This document shows, one piece after another, positions 13,531 to 27,491 of a DNA stretch of 64,000 bases (the stretch's first letter is position 1; every line of letters starts with the position of its first letter). The stretch covers positions 34,534,001 to 34,598,000 of the forward strand of contig CM022671.1 of assembly GCA_012295275.1 (NCBI GenBank), written 5' to 3'. The notes under the pieces were generated by a model that ran no database searches, had not been told where the DNA came from, and saw only the letters and a program-made list of their open reading frames with translations. The stretch comes from Chrysomallon squamiferum (taxonomy: Eukaryota; Animalia; Mollusca). A program made the position numbers and the translations under genes.

Positions 13531-16202
13531 ACTGGTAATATCAAGAACTGTGCAAAACGACAATGAGTTGTACAGCTATAATCAGAGACAAAAATAGCTA
13601 ATATTACGAGTCCTTTACGAAGAAATGATAAGAAAATTATAAAAAAGATAACAATAGTTATAAGAACTGAAAAAAAAAATCATCACGTATAAAACGCAGA
13701 AAAGGACAAATCTTGTAATGATTTTTTAAAGAGAGTTTAATCAATTTCAGTTACGTGTGACGACGCAGTACCGATTCGTAATACACAAACGAAATAAACA
13801 TGGAATCGTGTATTAAATGGTTTTGTGACTAATGCGATGTTATGGATTTTGTTGCTAACGACTCACATCAAATGAACTGAATGTTAATAACGCAGCTAAT
13901 CATGGCGTACTAATGGAACGGACAATAACTCTGTCAAAACGACAGCAGTGAAAGAAAATTCTCACACGTTAACAAAACTCTGACACAGACACACACACAC
14001 CTCTGCTGTTATACAAAACCTGTAATAAGCAGCCATAAATATGCATTTGCACGACTCACGATAAGCATGTTGAGACACGCACACTTGATAAGACATGCAC
14101 ACATTCCGAGGTATTAAGCACATGCTCAAACATAAATTATACCACAAACTCACTGATACACCTAAATGTAAAATCACGTAACTTTTTAAATACCCCAGAC
14201 ACCTGTACGAAAAAAATCAAACATCCACACAAATATACAATTAAAATTACAACCTTTCAAAACCAAACATGCAATATTACATAACAGCATACAACCAGAT
14301 ATACACGCTGAAAATGAAATTATCGCAAAACAGCCAAACACCCACACACACCAACACGTGCAATTATGTATCCACGTTTTACCCACACCTACATAAATAC
14401 ACAGATTACATATCACGAAAACCTACACCCATTTAAAAAAAAAAAAAAAAAAAACACCATCTAAACTACACAAATGTATGGCCAGAAAACCAAAAACATA
14501 TCTTATTGGCGATACGTAACCATATTTCTTAATTTACACTGTAAACAGTAGTAATAAGCACTTCGCGAAAACCATCTTTCCTGTCCGTTTGAAGAGCGGC
14601 CAAAGTTCTTTGACAATTTCGACCGGCACTGTACTGGTTATTACGCATAACGCGTTATGAACTGCGTGAAATTGCAGACTCCGTCAAGCGTTATGTCCAA
14701 TAAAGAGGAGAAAGCCTGCGGGTAAACTGTAGTCGATTTACAACTTGTAGCGTCACACTCCGCTGTTTTGTCTCTAATAAAATTAATGTGTTTGTCTCAC
14801 TGGTCAGTGTTTATCGTTTCAAATGTGAGTGGGTGCTTACATAGATACGTTTGTCTGTACATAACACATACATACATACATACATACATACATACATACA
14901 TACATACATACATACACACACATACATACATACGTACATATAAACATATATAAATACATAGATATATACAAATATAAATACATATACATATGTGCTTGTA
15001 ATAATATGTACGTGCATAAATACACATACATAGATTACTGTATGCATATATAAACACGTAAACATATAATGCATAAATTTTATGAGTTCTAAAATAGGTG
15101 AACTATATATAGTTTATACGTTAACCAGAAGAGAGAACTCAGTCGCTGCTTTCTCTTTTATATTATCTAAGTTTTTAGAAAAAATCGAAATTTAAAGCGG
15201 TAAATATTTAAGTTTCACTCAAGCATTTATTTATTTATTCAATTCGTTCGTACATTCATTCGTTCAAGGATAAGAAAAAATTACGAAAGAAGGATAGAAA
15301 GAAATAGAAAGAAAGAATAAAGAGAAACAAATATAAAGGAACCGAAAACCAGATAAAACGAATAGTCGAATAAAAAAAAAAAAAAAATAGCATACGTGTG
15401 TGCACGTGCGTGTATTGTAAAGACATTTCCTCAAATATGAGTATTAATGTGTTATATTTGCGTACGTTTCGGTCTACGAATGCGTATTAGTGAGAATGGG
15501 CGTTTAGACTTTCTGCCGAAGAATCTTAACCTTTAGCAAAAATCTTGGCAATTAAGTATTCCGCGTGCCCTATGGATATCTACAGAACCTTTAATCTTGT
15601 CAGAAATATTATTTGCAGACTTGATAGGAACATACAAAACAGTGAAAAAAAACCTACGAAATTAATACGATTGCATTCCCACTGAATTATTTCTTTACCT
15701 TTGAAACAACCCCCCCCATACAAAAAAAAACCCAAAGGAACTCAGAAATCAAGGTGGCAGCACTAGTAATAAATCTGCAATGAAATATTTTAGTAGCAAC
15801 AATAAAAAAAATAGTAGTAGTGGTACCAGTAGTTTGTAGTAGTAATAATAACAGAAATAGTACAAGTAGTTGTAGTGGTTGCAGTAGCAGTGGTTGTAGT
15901 AGTAGTAATAGTAGTAGTAGCAATAGTATAGTAGTAGTGGATATAGTAGAACTACCTGCGGTAGTTGTAGTGTCAGAAGCAGTAGTAGTAGTAATAATAG
16001 TAGTGGTAGCTGTAGTAATTATAGTAATAGTAATGGTATTAGTAGACGTAGTTGCAGTAACAGTAAATGTTACCAACAAAAGAGGCTGTTGTAACAGAAG
16101 TGATAGTAGTAGTAGTAGTAGTTATAATAATAGAAATAGCTAATGTATAGCAGTAGTTGTTGTAGTAGTACCAGTAGTGATTTCATAATAGCAGCAACAA
16201 AA

Positions 16203-16256
<54 letters not shown>

Positions 16257-16346
16257 TATGAATATATGAATATATGAAACACCGTGAAATACCGTAAAAT
16301 CACAAACAAAAAAAAGTTTCAAAACACAACGACGACCAAGCCTTAC

Positions 16347-16451
16347 CACGACGACATCCAACGTCAAATCCTCGGGAACGACAATATGGTCAACGGTAAA
16401 ACCACGGCATAGCTTCCTATTTTTCTTCCATAATTTCCTCCGCATAGACAT
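16347..16451 (-). CDS. Candidate alternative first coding exon (MSMRRKLWKKNRKLCRGFTVDHIVVPEDLTLDVVV)
   Basis: ATG plus 35 open codons, then donor GTG|GTAAGG in phase 0, compatible with exon 1971-2084. Promoter-like DNA lies directly upstream. Confidence 0.55.
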
Positions 16452-16689
16452 TCCAAAAAACCCAACAACAACAACAAGAAGCCAAGAAAGCAAAATTTCA
16501 AATAAATCTGTTACCGAAGACTGCGTGCGAACAGTGAACTCGGTACATCCCTGCCAAAGACGTCGTCCTGGTTGTAACGAAGACACATTACAGAGGTAAA
16601 ACATAACAAGAACTTAGGTAGAACATAATACATCTGGCACACGCCTGTCAACAGTTACAAAACTTCCCGGCACGATTATAAACTCCAGG

Positions 16690-16920
16690 TTTAACTTACA
16701 CGCGCGTGTATTTTATATTAAAATATTTTTGAAATATATATATAAATATATAAATTTTTTTTTGTTTTAGAGGGGGCCTCGTTCCTGTACTCCTGCACGT
16801 GGACGTGCGCATCCAAAACGCGCGGAATAATCCGATTGGTATTAAGCCGCACGCTTTCTCTTTTTATGTTTTTCAGTCGAACGTAGATTGGAGAGTTACA
16901 CGTTAGATGGCGCTCCCAGT
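16690..16920 (-). promoter_or_regulatory. Candidate internal promoter for the 16347-16451 exon
   Basis: Minus-strand TATAAAA at 16711-16717, CCAAT boxes near 16835 and 16888, 14-bp palindrome TACACGCGCGTGTA at 16697-16710, local CpG enrichment. Confidence 0.4.
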
Positions 16921-17668
16921 ATTGATCAGTTTGCAGTGGGTGAAAACTCGGTAGTGGAGATTTCCAGATCGCTAGTAGAGACCACTGCGGGCTACTGGCG
17001 ATGTTAGTACAAGAGAGAGAGAGAGACACAGGGTGTTAGTGACCACGGGGGATGTGGGATTGTGAAGGAAGATGAAACAGGGACGTGGAGAGAATGGTAA
17101 AACAGATTTAAGACCAAAAAAAACAACAACTTTAAAATCTATTAATAATATTAATGTTAGTGGTAATCCGGTTTGGAAGATGGAAATAGGACAGAAGCAG
17201 AACTGGAAAATAAGTTAAATAAAAGAAAATAAGGATAGAACAGGGAAAGGAAGATTAAAAACCTGAACGAAGTTAAATAACTATGAAGAGACGTGTGGGC
17301 TATATAAAAAATTTTAACGATGTCTGAGTCGAAAGGAGAAATGGTGGAATGGGTTGAAACTGGTCTGAGAAAACACGTCATACTCCTCGACAAAACAAAA
17401 ATAAAAAAAAAAAAAAAAAAAAAATTAAAAAATTAAATTAAAAAATTAAATAATTAAAATAAAATAAAAACAAAAAGTAAATTAAAAAATTAAATAATTA
17501 AAATAAAATAATAACAAAAAGTAAATTAAAAATAATGATAAATAATAACAACAACAACAATAATAATAATACTGATAATAATATCATTAAGAATAAGAAG
17601 ACGACGAAGGAAAAGAAGAATTAAAAGTCAAGGTAATTAATGTGTGTGTGTCTCTCTTTCTGTGAGTG

Positions 17669-17728
<60 letters not shown>

Positions 17729-18030
17729 AGTGTGGGTGAATCAGACTCTTGGAAGACATTATGAGGCTAAAATAAGAAGGAAAACCGAAGTGGAGCGAAG
17801 CAGAATGGAGAAAATACATTAAAACGAGCAGATGTAGTTTACTGCGAGATTTTCTGCGGTTTATAAACATTAGATTTCACGTCTAGTGTTGCGCAGGTGG
17901 ATGGGATAAAAGGATAAGAAGGAAAAACACGTATAAATGAACAGTTGCAATTTACTGTTATTAATTAGCTCTGTGTGTATCGCGGATAATACAGGTGTTT
18001 GGCCTCAAAGTTCATAATCTGAAGATGCGC

Positions 18031-18255
18031 AGTGGTAAACGTCTGAATGAGTAAGAGTGGTAAAAGTCTGAATGAGTAAGAGTGGTAAAAGTCTGAATGA
18101 GTAAGAGTGGTAAAAGTCTGAATGAGTAAGAGTGGTAAAAGTCTGAATGAGTAAGAGTGGTAAAAGTCTGAATGAGTAAGAGTGGTAAAAGTCTGAATGA
18201 GTAAGAGTGGTAAAAGTCTGAATGAGTAAGAGTGGTAAAAGTCTGAATGAGTAAG
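18031..18255. repeat. 25-bp minisatellite, 9 copies (AGTGGTAAAAGTCTGAATGAGTAAG)
   Basis: Near-perfect tandem array. Confidence 0.95.
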
Positions 18256-18284
18256 AACATTACAATGACTGTAAAGAACATTAC

Positions 18285-18387
18285 CTTCTGCATGAACTTT
18301 AATGTAAGAGTGTTGTTTGTAAAATGGTACAGAAAATGTTCCTATTAAATCAGTTGGTAGAAATTCGGGGATCCTCAAAGCGGGGAC
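18285..18387 (-). other. Possible alternative or cryptic exon (VPALRIPEFLPTDLIGTFSVPFYKQHSYIKVHAE)
   Basis: Acceptor ttcaactcAG, donor AAG|GTAATG, open in phase 0 after the 22285 exon. It ends in phase 1, which is incompatible with exon 1971-2084. Confidence 0.3.
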
Positions 18388-19618
18388 CTGAGTTGAAATC
18401 CTATTGGCGGAGCAATATTTGAGTAATTGAGAATTTCAAAGTGAACTGAAGCTCTTGTTAGTTTAAGACGCATTTTCACTCATCTTTATAGCAGACACAT
18501 TAATTACAAGTCCTTATTGCTTCAGATACTAATTTTATCATTACTTCTTGATTCACCACTTCGACAACAAAATGTCCATGTGTAGTCTGTGTCCATACTT
18601 GCACATTCCTGCCCACAGTTTCCTTGCCCAGCCTCGCAGACGAAACCGCAGAGCGAAGTGTCATGTAACTTGACAATTTAACTTGAAGCAGCATTCACAC
18701 TACGCGATTTGAAGAACCGTCTCAGAGATTTCTTATTTTAACATCGCCTACGTCGTAATGACATTAAGAGATACTCTCGTTGCGTGAAATCGTAATATTA
18801 TTAAGTGGCATTCTCACCAAACGACTCGTTGGTCGTATAAGGATTCATTTGTACTGTTAAAATACCTAAATCGGAACAACATTAGTCTAAAGTGGCATTC
18901 ACACTAAGCAATTTGGTTAACTGATTTGTATGTAACATAATTATAACTGAATGTTCCGGTGATGTCACCTAGATATTAATGAAATCATTAAAATAACAGA
19001 GAAGAGATCAGATACTACTACTACTACTTACTACTACTACTTCTACTCTTACTACTACTACTACTACTACTACTATATATTTATTTTATTTTATTTTATT
19101 TTTTGAAAATATCAGTTTTACAAATTGCTTAGTGTAAATGCAGCTTTGGTAAAAACCTATAATTATCATAATTATAATTGCTATGCCACAAATCGTTTGC
19201 GTGAATGCAGCTTTAGCCTCATAATACAAATTGTTACACAAACTGCACAATAAAAATGCGCCTTCGTAGATGCTTTGAGTTTGTGAATAAATAAAAAAAT
19301 CGTTACTACAAATCGCGTAGTGAGAACTTGGCTTTACAGACCCGCCCACTACACGTGGCCTGCGGTGTTACTTAATGTAATGAACAAAGCGAAAGAGAAA
19401 AACGTGTGTATCCTCGAGACAGGTTTCTAATTGAGAAATAATCCCCTGAACAAAGTGTGATAAGAAAACTGACACATGGTGCAAGCACATTTGTTATGGG
19501 TCATGTCTTTCACACGGTTTAGAACGCGGAAAAAAAAAATTATAATGGTTCTGAGGGGGGTAACTTTTTTTTCTTTATTTTTGTTATTAGTACTATTATT
19601 ATTATTATTATTATTATT

Positions 19619-19651
<33 letters not shown>

Positions 19652-20822
19652 ATTATTATTATTATATATTTTTTCAAGCTGTGCTTGTTTTGTTTTGTTT
19701 AATTAAACTAAACAAACAAAAATCTATTAAATGTGATGATGACATTTTTTTTTTTTTTTTTTTTTTTGCTGACAGAAAATCGATGAATATTGAACGACAT
19801 TTTAACATATTTTAATATTAAACCGTCATTAGCTGAGAAACAATTTTGCATAATGAGAATAACAAACAGAACCATTAACGAAATTTAATGAGGTATCGAT
19901 CAGCAACAAGGGATCAGTTATAAAGACCTTCTCATAGACAGAAGAATACGAGAAAAAATGGGTAGAATAGAAAAGTAGAAGAACTAGATCGGCAGGTAAA
20001 CAAGTAAGAAGAAAAAAAAATCGACGAAAAAAAAGAAAGATCAAGCGAAAGAAAAACTAGAAAGAATGAAACAGTTTCAATGGCATGTTTTATTTTCATG
20101 TATATTTGTTGTGGTGATCACAAATAATCTACACAGATTTTGTTTTAAAAACAAAAAACTGAATAGAAATTAATGGAAGCTGCCATTTTTCGTTATTTTT
20201 GTTTACCGTGATAGATAAAACAACTTTGCAACGATTTATTTACACACTTACAGGTTTTCTGTGATAGACAGAAACTGTTAAAGCAATATTCCAGAAACAA
20301 AGGTAAAGAGAAAAGCAAAAAAAAAAAAAAAAAATGAAAGAACAAAACAAAGAATGAAACAAAGAACGAAAGAAAGAATGAAAGAAAGAAAGAAAAAATA
20401 AACAAAAACTCTAATTTAAAAAAAAAATAAAAAAATTGTTAACGGAAAATAAAAAGAAAGAAGGAAAGATAAAAAAAAAAAAAAATGATGAAAAGATGAA
20501 AGCATTAAATATTTCTTTCCGTAATATTCGTGTCAGATCATTAAATAATAAATAACAATTAATACCGACACACAAGAAAATTTAAACAGATCGTCAGTAA
20601 TATATCACAATTTGGTCGCAATCTTCAAAGATTTATAAAGGCATCATAACTTTATGACGTTTTATTGTGTAATATAAAGTCGCATTAGACGCAGATGAAG
20701 GACTGAGTCGATCAGTCTGTTCTCTGTCATTACCACAGAAATCAAAATTGTTTTCATTGAATTTAACTCAGCTATGTGTACACGATGTGTTGTTTTGCAC
20801 CCACGTTTTTTTGCTGCTACGT

Positions 20823-20855
<33 letters not shown>

Positions 20856-21729
20856 TAAAATGTATCCTCCCGTGCATGCATATTTTTTTAATTATTTGAT
20901 TATTATTATTTTTATTTATTTATTGTTTATGCGATATAGAATAATTCTGTGTAGTAAAATAAAATAAAAAATTGTTGTTTTGTTTGTTATAATGAAAATC
21001 CGATAACTTTCGTATCGTGCTTTCTTTTCGTTTTCTTTTTCTTTCTTTCTTTCTTTCTTTTATCAGGAAAATTCCAAATGATCTGAGTCGTAAATATTTC
21101 ACATCTTCGGTTTCAAAAGTGACAAATAATAGAAGTTTGCGGAGGCAGCAGGAATATCAAATCACGTTAATATTCTGTTTGACTTTTGTACAATCACTGA
21201 AATCTTGAAACAGATATGTTTGTTAATAAATAATTTAATTTTATCGTCTTTGGTCTCATAAAAAAAAGAACAAATGCCGATTAGTTCTAATCAATAAAGA
21301 AACATCAGAATTGTCTCTTCACTGATTTGTTGTTGTTGTTGTTGAAAAACAGAGATAAGAAAAACACGGAGAAGATAAGTCATCATTTTGTTATTCGAAA
21401 CATTATACAAATAAATAACGGTTAAAATTAATAACTAATCCAAAAAAATCCCCCTAAACATAAAAAACAAACAAAAAAAAATAAATAAATAAATAAAAAA
21501 CCCACAAAAAAACAACAACATACAAAAATAAAAAATAAAACATGATAGAAATGAATAATGTCAGAACTTGAATTCCAGAATTAACAATTCATTAAAAATA
21601 TTAAAATACAGTTATCAGATGAGATGAATCCATACACCTCTTGATAGATGGATAGATAAATGGATGAATGAATGAATGAATGAATGAATGAATATTAATT
21701 TTCTGCTGACATTACTACTTCTACTACTA

Positions 21730-21780
<51 letters not shown>

Positions 21781-22284
21781 GCTGTTATTGTTGTAATTGT
21801 TCTTGTTGCTGTTTTTAATATTGTTATCATCAACATCATCATCGTATTATTGTTTCTGTTGTTTTTACTTCAATTTATATGATAATGTGAGAGGACCAAC
21901 TCACTACAATGAAATCAAGGGTTTCTTTCATCGATTAAATTAACAAAGTGTTTACATCTTTGTTCCGTTCTTTGTAATACCTAAGCACTTTCCCTCGAAG
22001 GAAAACATAGATGAAGCCATTTAAATTAAAATGAGATGATTATCATGTTCAAAGGCATACATAATTGATTTTGATATCCTCGTTGTTTTTGTGTTTTTTT
22101 TTTTTTTTCGTTTACGTTACGCCTGAACTTTCCAAGCAGTCCGTTACAGATCTTTTTCACGTAGACAGATAAATGAAATGCTTGAAGATCGTTAAATGAC
22201 ATTATCTTTCGAATGATTTTGGAAATGGGCTAAAGATTTTTTTTTTTTTTTTAATTATTCAAACAATAAAATGTAGAAATTTAC

Positions 22285-22364
22285 CTGTTTTCTTTGTTTT
22301 CGTTTTCTGTGGGACGGAGAGGCTGGGGTCTTGTCGGCTGAATTTCGCTCGTTATTCAACACTT
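22285..22364 (-). CDS. Internal exon (80 nt): EVLNNERNSADKTPASPSHRKRKQRKQ (basic, NLS-like end)
   Basis: Acceptor cttattttcAG, donor CAG|GTAAAT. The phase-1 start matches the previous exon; ends in phase 0. Confidence 0.85.
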
Positions 22365-23597
22365 CTGAAAATAAGATGTAATAATTTTAAACATTTGGAA
22401 ACAGTTTCGTTACAGCCTTTACAGGAATGTGTCAGGTGGAATAAAGATCGAAGAGCAGTCATAAAAAAGCACACAGTAGTAGTAGTTGTAGTAGCCATAG
22501 AAGTACTAGTAGTAGTACTAGTAATAGCTATAGATGTAGTAGTAGTAGGAATAGTTGTAGTAACACTATTAATACTAGAAGTGATTGTATAAATAGTAGT
22601 TATAGTGTTAGTTGTAGTAGTAGTAGTGTACTAGTTGTTGTTATAGAAGCAACAGTAACAACAGTAGCAGTATCAGTAGTAATAGTACTGTTAGTAATAA
22701 TAGAAGCAGCAGTAGTAGTAGAAGAAGAAAGAGTAGTAACTGTCGAAGTATAGTAATAATAGTCTTGTTAGGAGTAGTAATTGAATAGACGTAGCAGTAG
22801 TAACAAGAGTAATAGTAGGTGTAGCAGCAGCAGCGACAACAACAGCAGCAGCGTGAGTGCTAGTAGTATTTTTAATAGAAAGATTAGAAATAACAGTAGT
22901 ACTAGACGTACTAGAAAAAGTAAAATACATAAAAATTAATAAAGAACTAGTAACTGTGAACTGTCTGCGATCTCTCCAAACAAGCTGTAAAAATGATCTG
23001 TTATCGGATGCTGTCCAGTTAAGTGCACTATCTTTCTTCGCGGATGCACATGGAAACAATGTTACTCAACGTACATTTGCCGGAGGAAATTGGCCTCATA
23101 ATTCGCTGGCACGAGAAACATGCGAATATTTGTCGGCGATGCATCTTTATTACAAGATAAATAAACGCTGCGTTGTGTCTCGGATAGTCTGCCGTGTTTA
23201 CTGCTTCACAAACAAACTCTAAACTCTGAAATACCTGAAGAGGATGCAGGGAGATTGTTGCTTGATAATTTCGCGCCAGGTCTGTATTCGACGTGTGCGA
23301 GGAACATGCGTGATTATTTCGCACGCTAAGTTCATCTGATCGACGCATGATGTAAACAGAGACCGCGGGTTCGAGAAAACTCGTTAACCCGACTTGACGA
23401 AGTCGTTGGTTTTTCCCACAACAGCCGTGCTTGAACTGTCGTGTACTGAATCAAGCGTGACTAAAATAATTCATGTACATCTTTCTTTCTCCTTTTCTTT
23501 ATTTCTTTCTCTTTCTTTTTGTCCGTTTATGTGTCCATATCTCTGTCTCTCCTTCTCTCTATCTGTCTCTCTATCTGTCTCTCTCTATCTGACTGTC

Positions 23598-23713
<116 letters not shown>

Positions 23714-24058
23714 AACGTTTCATCACTGATTTGTTATTTTAAAGTCTGTGTGACGAAAGATTCTTTCATTTCAATAGTTTCTGACAAACAGGACTTACGA
23801 ATCCTGGTCTGCAGCATAATGGCTGGTCGGACAACAGCCCAGTGAAGCCATTCAAAGAGAAGTAATCTCGCGACTGACCAATTTTTAGGTGGATGGTCAA
23901 ACTCTGCTCTAGATATATATAAAACGTAACGTCATCTAGACGATTCTGAAGGAAACCAAGAATGAAAGAACCCAAATCAGGGGAAGGTTACTTAGTGTAG
24001 ACTCTTGTCCTTGGGATGCTAACTTCTATTCCAATTTATTCTGCTTTTTCTTTCTTCT

Positions 24059-24091
<33 letters not shown>

Positions 24092-24099
24092 TTTTTCTT

Positions 24100-24142
<43 letters not shown>

Positions 24143-24713
24143 AAATGTAATATAATATAAATGTAATATATTTTAGTATACACTGAGAACACTTCCAAAC
24201 GTAATTATTACATACGCACGTACACGCAAACAGATAAACGCTCGAATACAAACAGTACACACACGAATCCACCATTAACACTTAATCTTTCACGATCCAA
24301 CCTAAAAATATCATATGAAACTGAAACCTTAAGATGGTATCTTAAAGTCTTTACAATCTTTCAAAATAAGGACATTCAAATCTCTACAAAATCAAAATCC
24401 ATAGCTATCTGACAAACACTTTGATCGACATCCGTGCTGAGGAGAGGTTAATTACGGGAGACAATTTACCTGAAGACAAGGTCAATATAAACGATAAACT
24501 TGAAATTGGTCGATACGCAAACATATTGGCTTTTTTCTCATTACTTTGCCCAGGTAATAGCAATCGCGATATAAAAGAAGGCAAGTGGAGTAAATGAGAT
24601 ATCAAGTGTAGATAAATAGTTTAGTAAGTGCGTAAATCATCGATTTTCACAAGAAATCCTTGACACAGATATTCGCTTATTAAGATAAAAATAATAATAT
24701 TTATAGTAATAAA

Positions 24714-25545
24714 CAACACTGCACTACACTGCACTGCATAGCACTACATTACATTATACTACACAACAAGACTGCACTAAATAGCACTACACTACACTAT
24801 ATTACACTACATTACACCTCACTACATAAACTACACCGCACTACACAACACTACACTATACTTCACTACATTTCACTACACTACACTACACTACACTACA
24901 CTACATTACATATACACCTCTCTACACAACACTACACTATACTTCTCTACACTACACTACATTACACTTCACTACACGACATAATACAACACAACACAAC
25001 AAAACAGAACACTACATGAACTGCACTACATTACACTACACAATACTACACTACATAAAACTCCATTACATTACACTACTCATTACAACACAACCAAGTA
25101 CTACACAGTATAACACTACCTTATACTACACTACAGTACACAACACTATCTTATACTATACTACACTACACTACCTTATACCACACTACCTTATACTATA
25201 CTACACTACACTAAACTACCTTATACTACACTACACAACACTATCTTATACCACACTACCTTATACTATACTACACTACACTACACTACCTTATACTACA
25301 CTACACTACACTACCTTATACCACACTACCTTATACTGTACTACACTACACTAAACTACCTTATACTACACTACATTACACTATATCAAATCCCACCACC
25401 TCACCCCACACTATACCATTTCTCATAACATCACAGCATACGACTCCTTTCAAACCATAACAAATCACACCACACAGTTCCACACCTCATCACATCACAC
25501 CATACCATATAACACCACACTCAACCACGTTACACCAAACTACGC
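24714..25545. repeat. Degenerate (ACTAC)n pentanucleotide tract
   Basis: Directly visible. Confidence 0.9.
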
Positions 25546-25994
25546 GATTATATAATAATTCACTACGACGAACGATGCAGTGGAATCATTTGTTTTATTT
25601 TATTTTATTCTGTGTTTCTGCCAAGCAGATCAAGTGAAATCGATAGTACACTGATGACAGCCGTTGGTAGAGCAATTCAGAAATCGCTATCTCCCCCACC
25701 CCCTACCGCTCTCTCCTATCTCCCCCCCTACCACCGCTCTCTCCTATCTCTCGCAGTCGAAGAGCTTTTTCGCTGTACTTCACACCAACATAAGTACAGC
25801 CGCGGGTTATTCAATTAAAACACTACGGCGCCAGGATAAATTGCCATCGTTTTGGTTCGGCCCGTCAGTTTGAAAAGAAGGACTTTATTTTAAAATGACG
25901 TTACAGATCCAGGGTGAGAGCTGATAAGACGTGACCACAGAGTAAGCTTGAGAAACGTTTTTGATTTTCCGAGTCCAAGTTTTGAAATTATATT

Positions 25995-26029
<35 letters not shown>

Positions 26030-27232
26030 TAAGGTAAAAGTTAAAATGAATATTTTAAAGAAACACGTTTTTCATCTTTCTTTCTTCCAACCGTTTTTAT
26101 TTCAGTATAAATTTTTATTAACGGCGAAATTCTTTTCTTTTTTTCTTCTTTCTTTCTTTCTTTTTTTTTTTTTTTTTCAACTTTTCTTTATGCTTTCAAT
26201 TTTCGTTATTTTGCCTTTCCTTCCTTGATTGCTCCTTGTTTTCTTCCTTCATTCCTTCCAATTTTCTTCTATCATCGTTTCCTTCCTCTTCCTTCTTTTT
26301 CATTCCACTGGAAAGAAGTGGGCGGCGTAATGGACCGATAATAGCTGACGAAAACTGCCGATTTCTGCCGACCTCAAGAGTAACTCATGGCGACGGGTGA
26401 CCTACATTTCGATTTCCTATCTTAATATAATTGTTCGTATAATTAAACCAAACAAACGAGCGTGTCTCTCGAGAAGACGATCATCAATCAACTGGTTATC
26501 ATGTCTCTGAGACACGTTATACGAAATCATTCTAAACAGCAAAGTGATTTCCCAGCCTGCCTAATTTGTTTCTCTTCAAATGACCGTTACTTCATTTGTA
26601 TGTTTCAGCGGTCGCCATGTTTGATTTACGGAGATATAAGTGTCATTTGTCGTTCGTTTATTTTCATAATGTTTGCAGCCTTTTCGTTTTCCTTTTTTAA
26701 TCTCCATATAGCCGATACGTCAATTTAGATTATATCTTTTCCAATCTGATTAATACACGCTTCAGTATTTTAGATAATTTTCTCCAAAGCCTTAGGACTG
26801 AACAAAATGTTTGAGCTTTTCGCCTCTGGTAGATTAACGGAAAATAAAATCGGTGGGAACGAATGAATGCTAATTAAATACGGCTGTCCGATCGATAGCT
26901 GTCTCTGTTTGAAATGGACTTATCATCCAACGCAAATGTTATTTAGATGTTTTATTATTAATTTTTGTATTTATTTTTTTTGTTTTTACGTAAAATGTAA
27001 CGTTAATATTTTAATTAGAGGGGTATATTAACATCTTCGGTCTGACCATCAAATAAAAATAAATATACAAACTGAAAATAAATTTCAATTTTTCAGAACA
27101 AAAATACACAATTAGCACTATACATGCAAGCGAACACCTAAATAATTGATAGTGAGATTTTTTTTTTTTTTTTTTTAACGACAAAGATAAAACAAATAAA
27201 TAAATAAATAAATGAAATACCTTTATTCTTAC

Positions 27233-27444
27233 CGGAAGAAGAATCGGATTCTGCATCCGAGACATTCCGGAAGTCAGCAAGCCGTTCTAGTAATTCTGAC
27301 GTCATTGGCGGTGAAGGCAAAATAACTTGTCGGTCATCATCGGAACTTTCCGTCAAAGCACATAGTTTTGATACTTCATAGTTGGCATCTGGATCATCGT
27401 CATCGTATGACGTAATGCTCGTGTTTCGTGAGAAGTCGGAGTAA
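27233..27444 (-). CDS. Internal exon (212 nt): SYSDFSRNTSITSYDDDDPDANYEVSKLCALTESSDDDRQVILPSPPMTSELLERLADFRNVSDAESDSSS
   Basis: Acceptor ttgccAG, donor CCG|GTAAGA, open frame. The phase-2 start matches the previous exon (AG+T=Ser); ends in phase 1. Confidence 0.88.
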
Positions 27445-27449
27445 CTGGC

Positions 27450-27491
<42 letters not shown>

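Noticed and set aside
14560-14730. Possible minus-strand terminal exon (VYPQAFSSLLDITLDG...)
   Set aside because: The acceptor lacks a pyrimidine tract and nothing else supports it.
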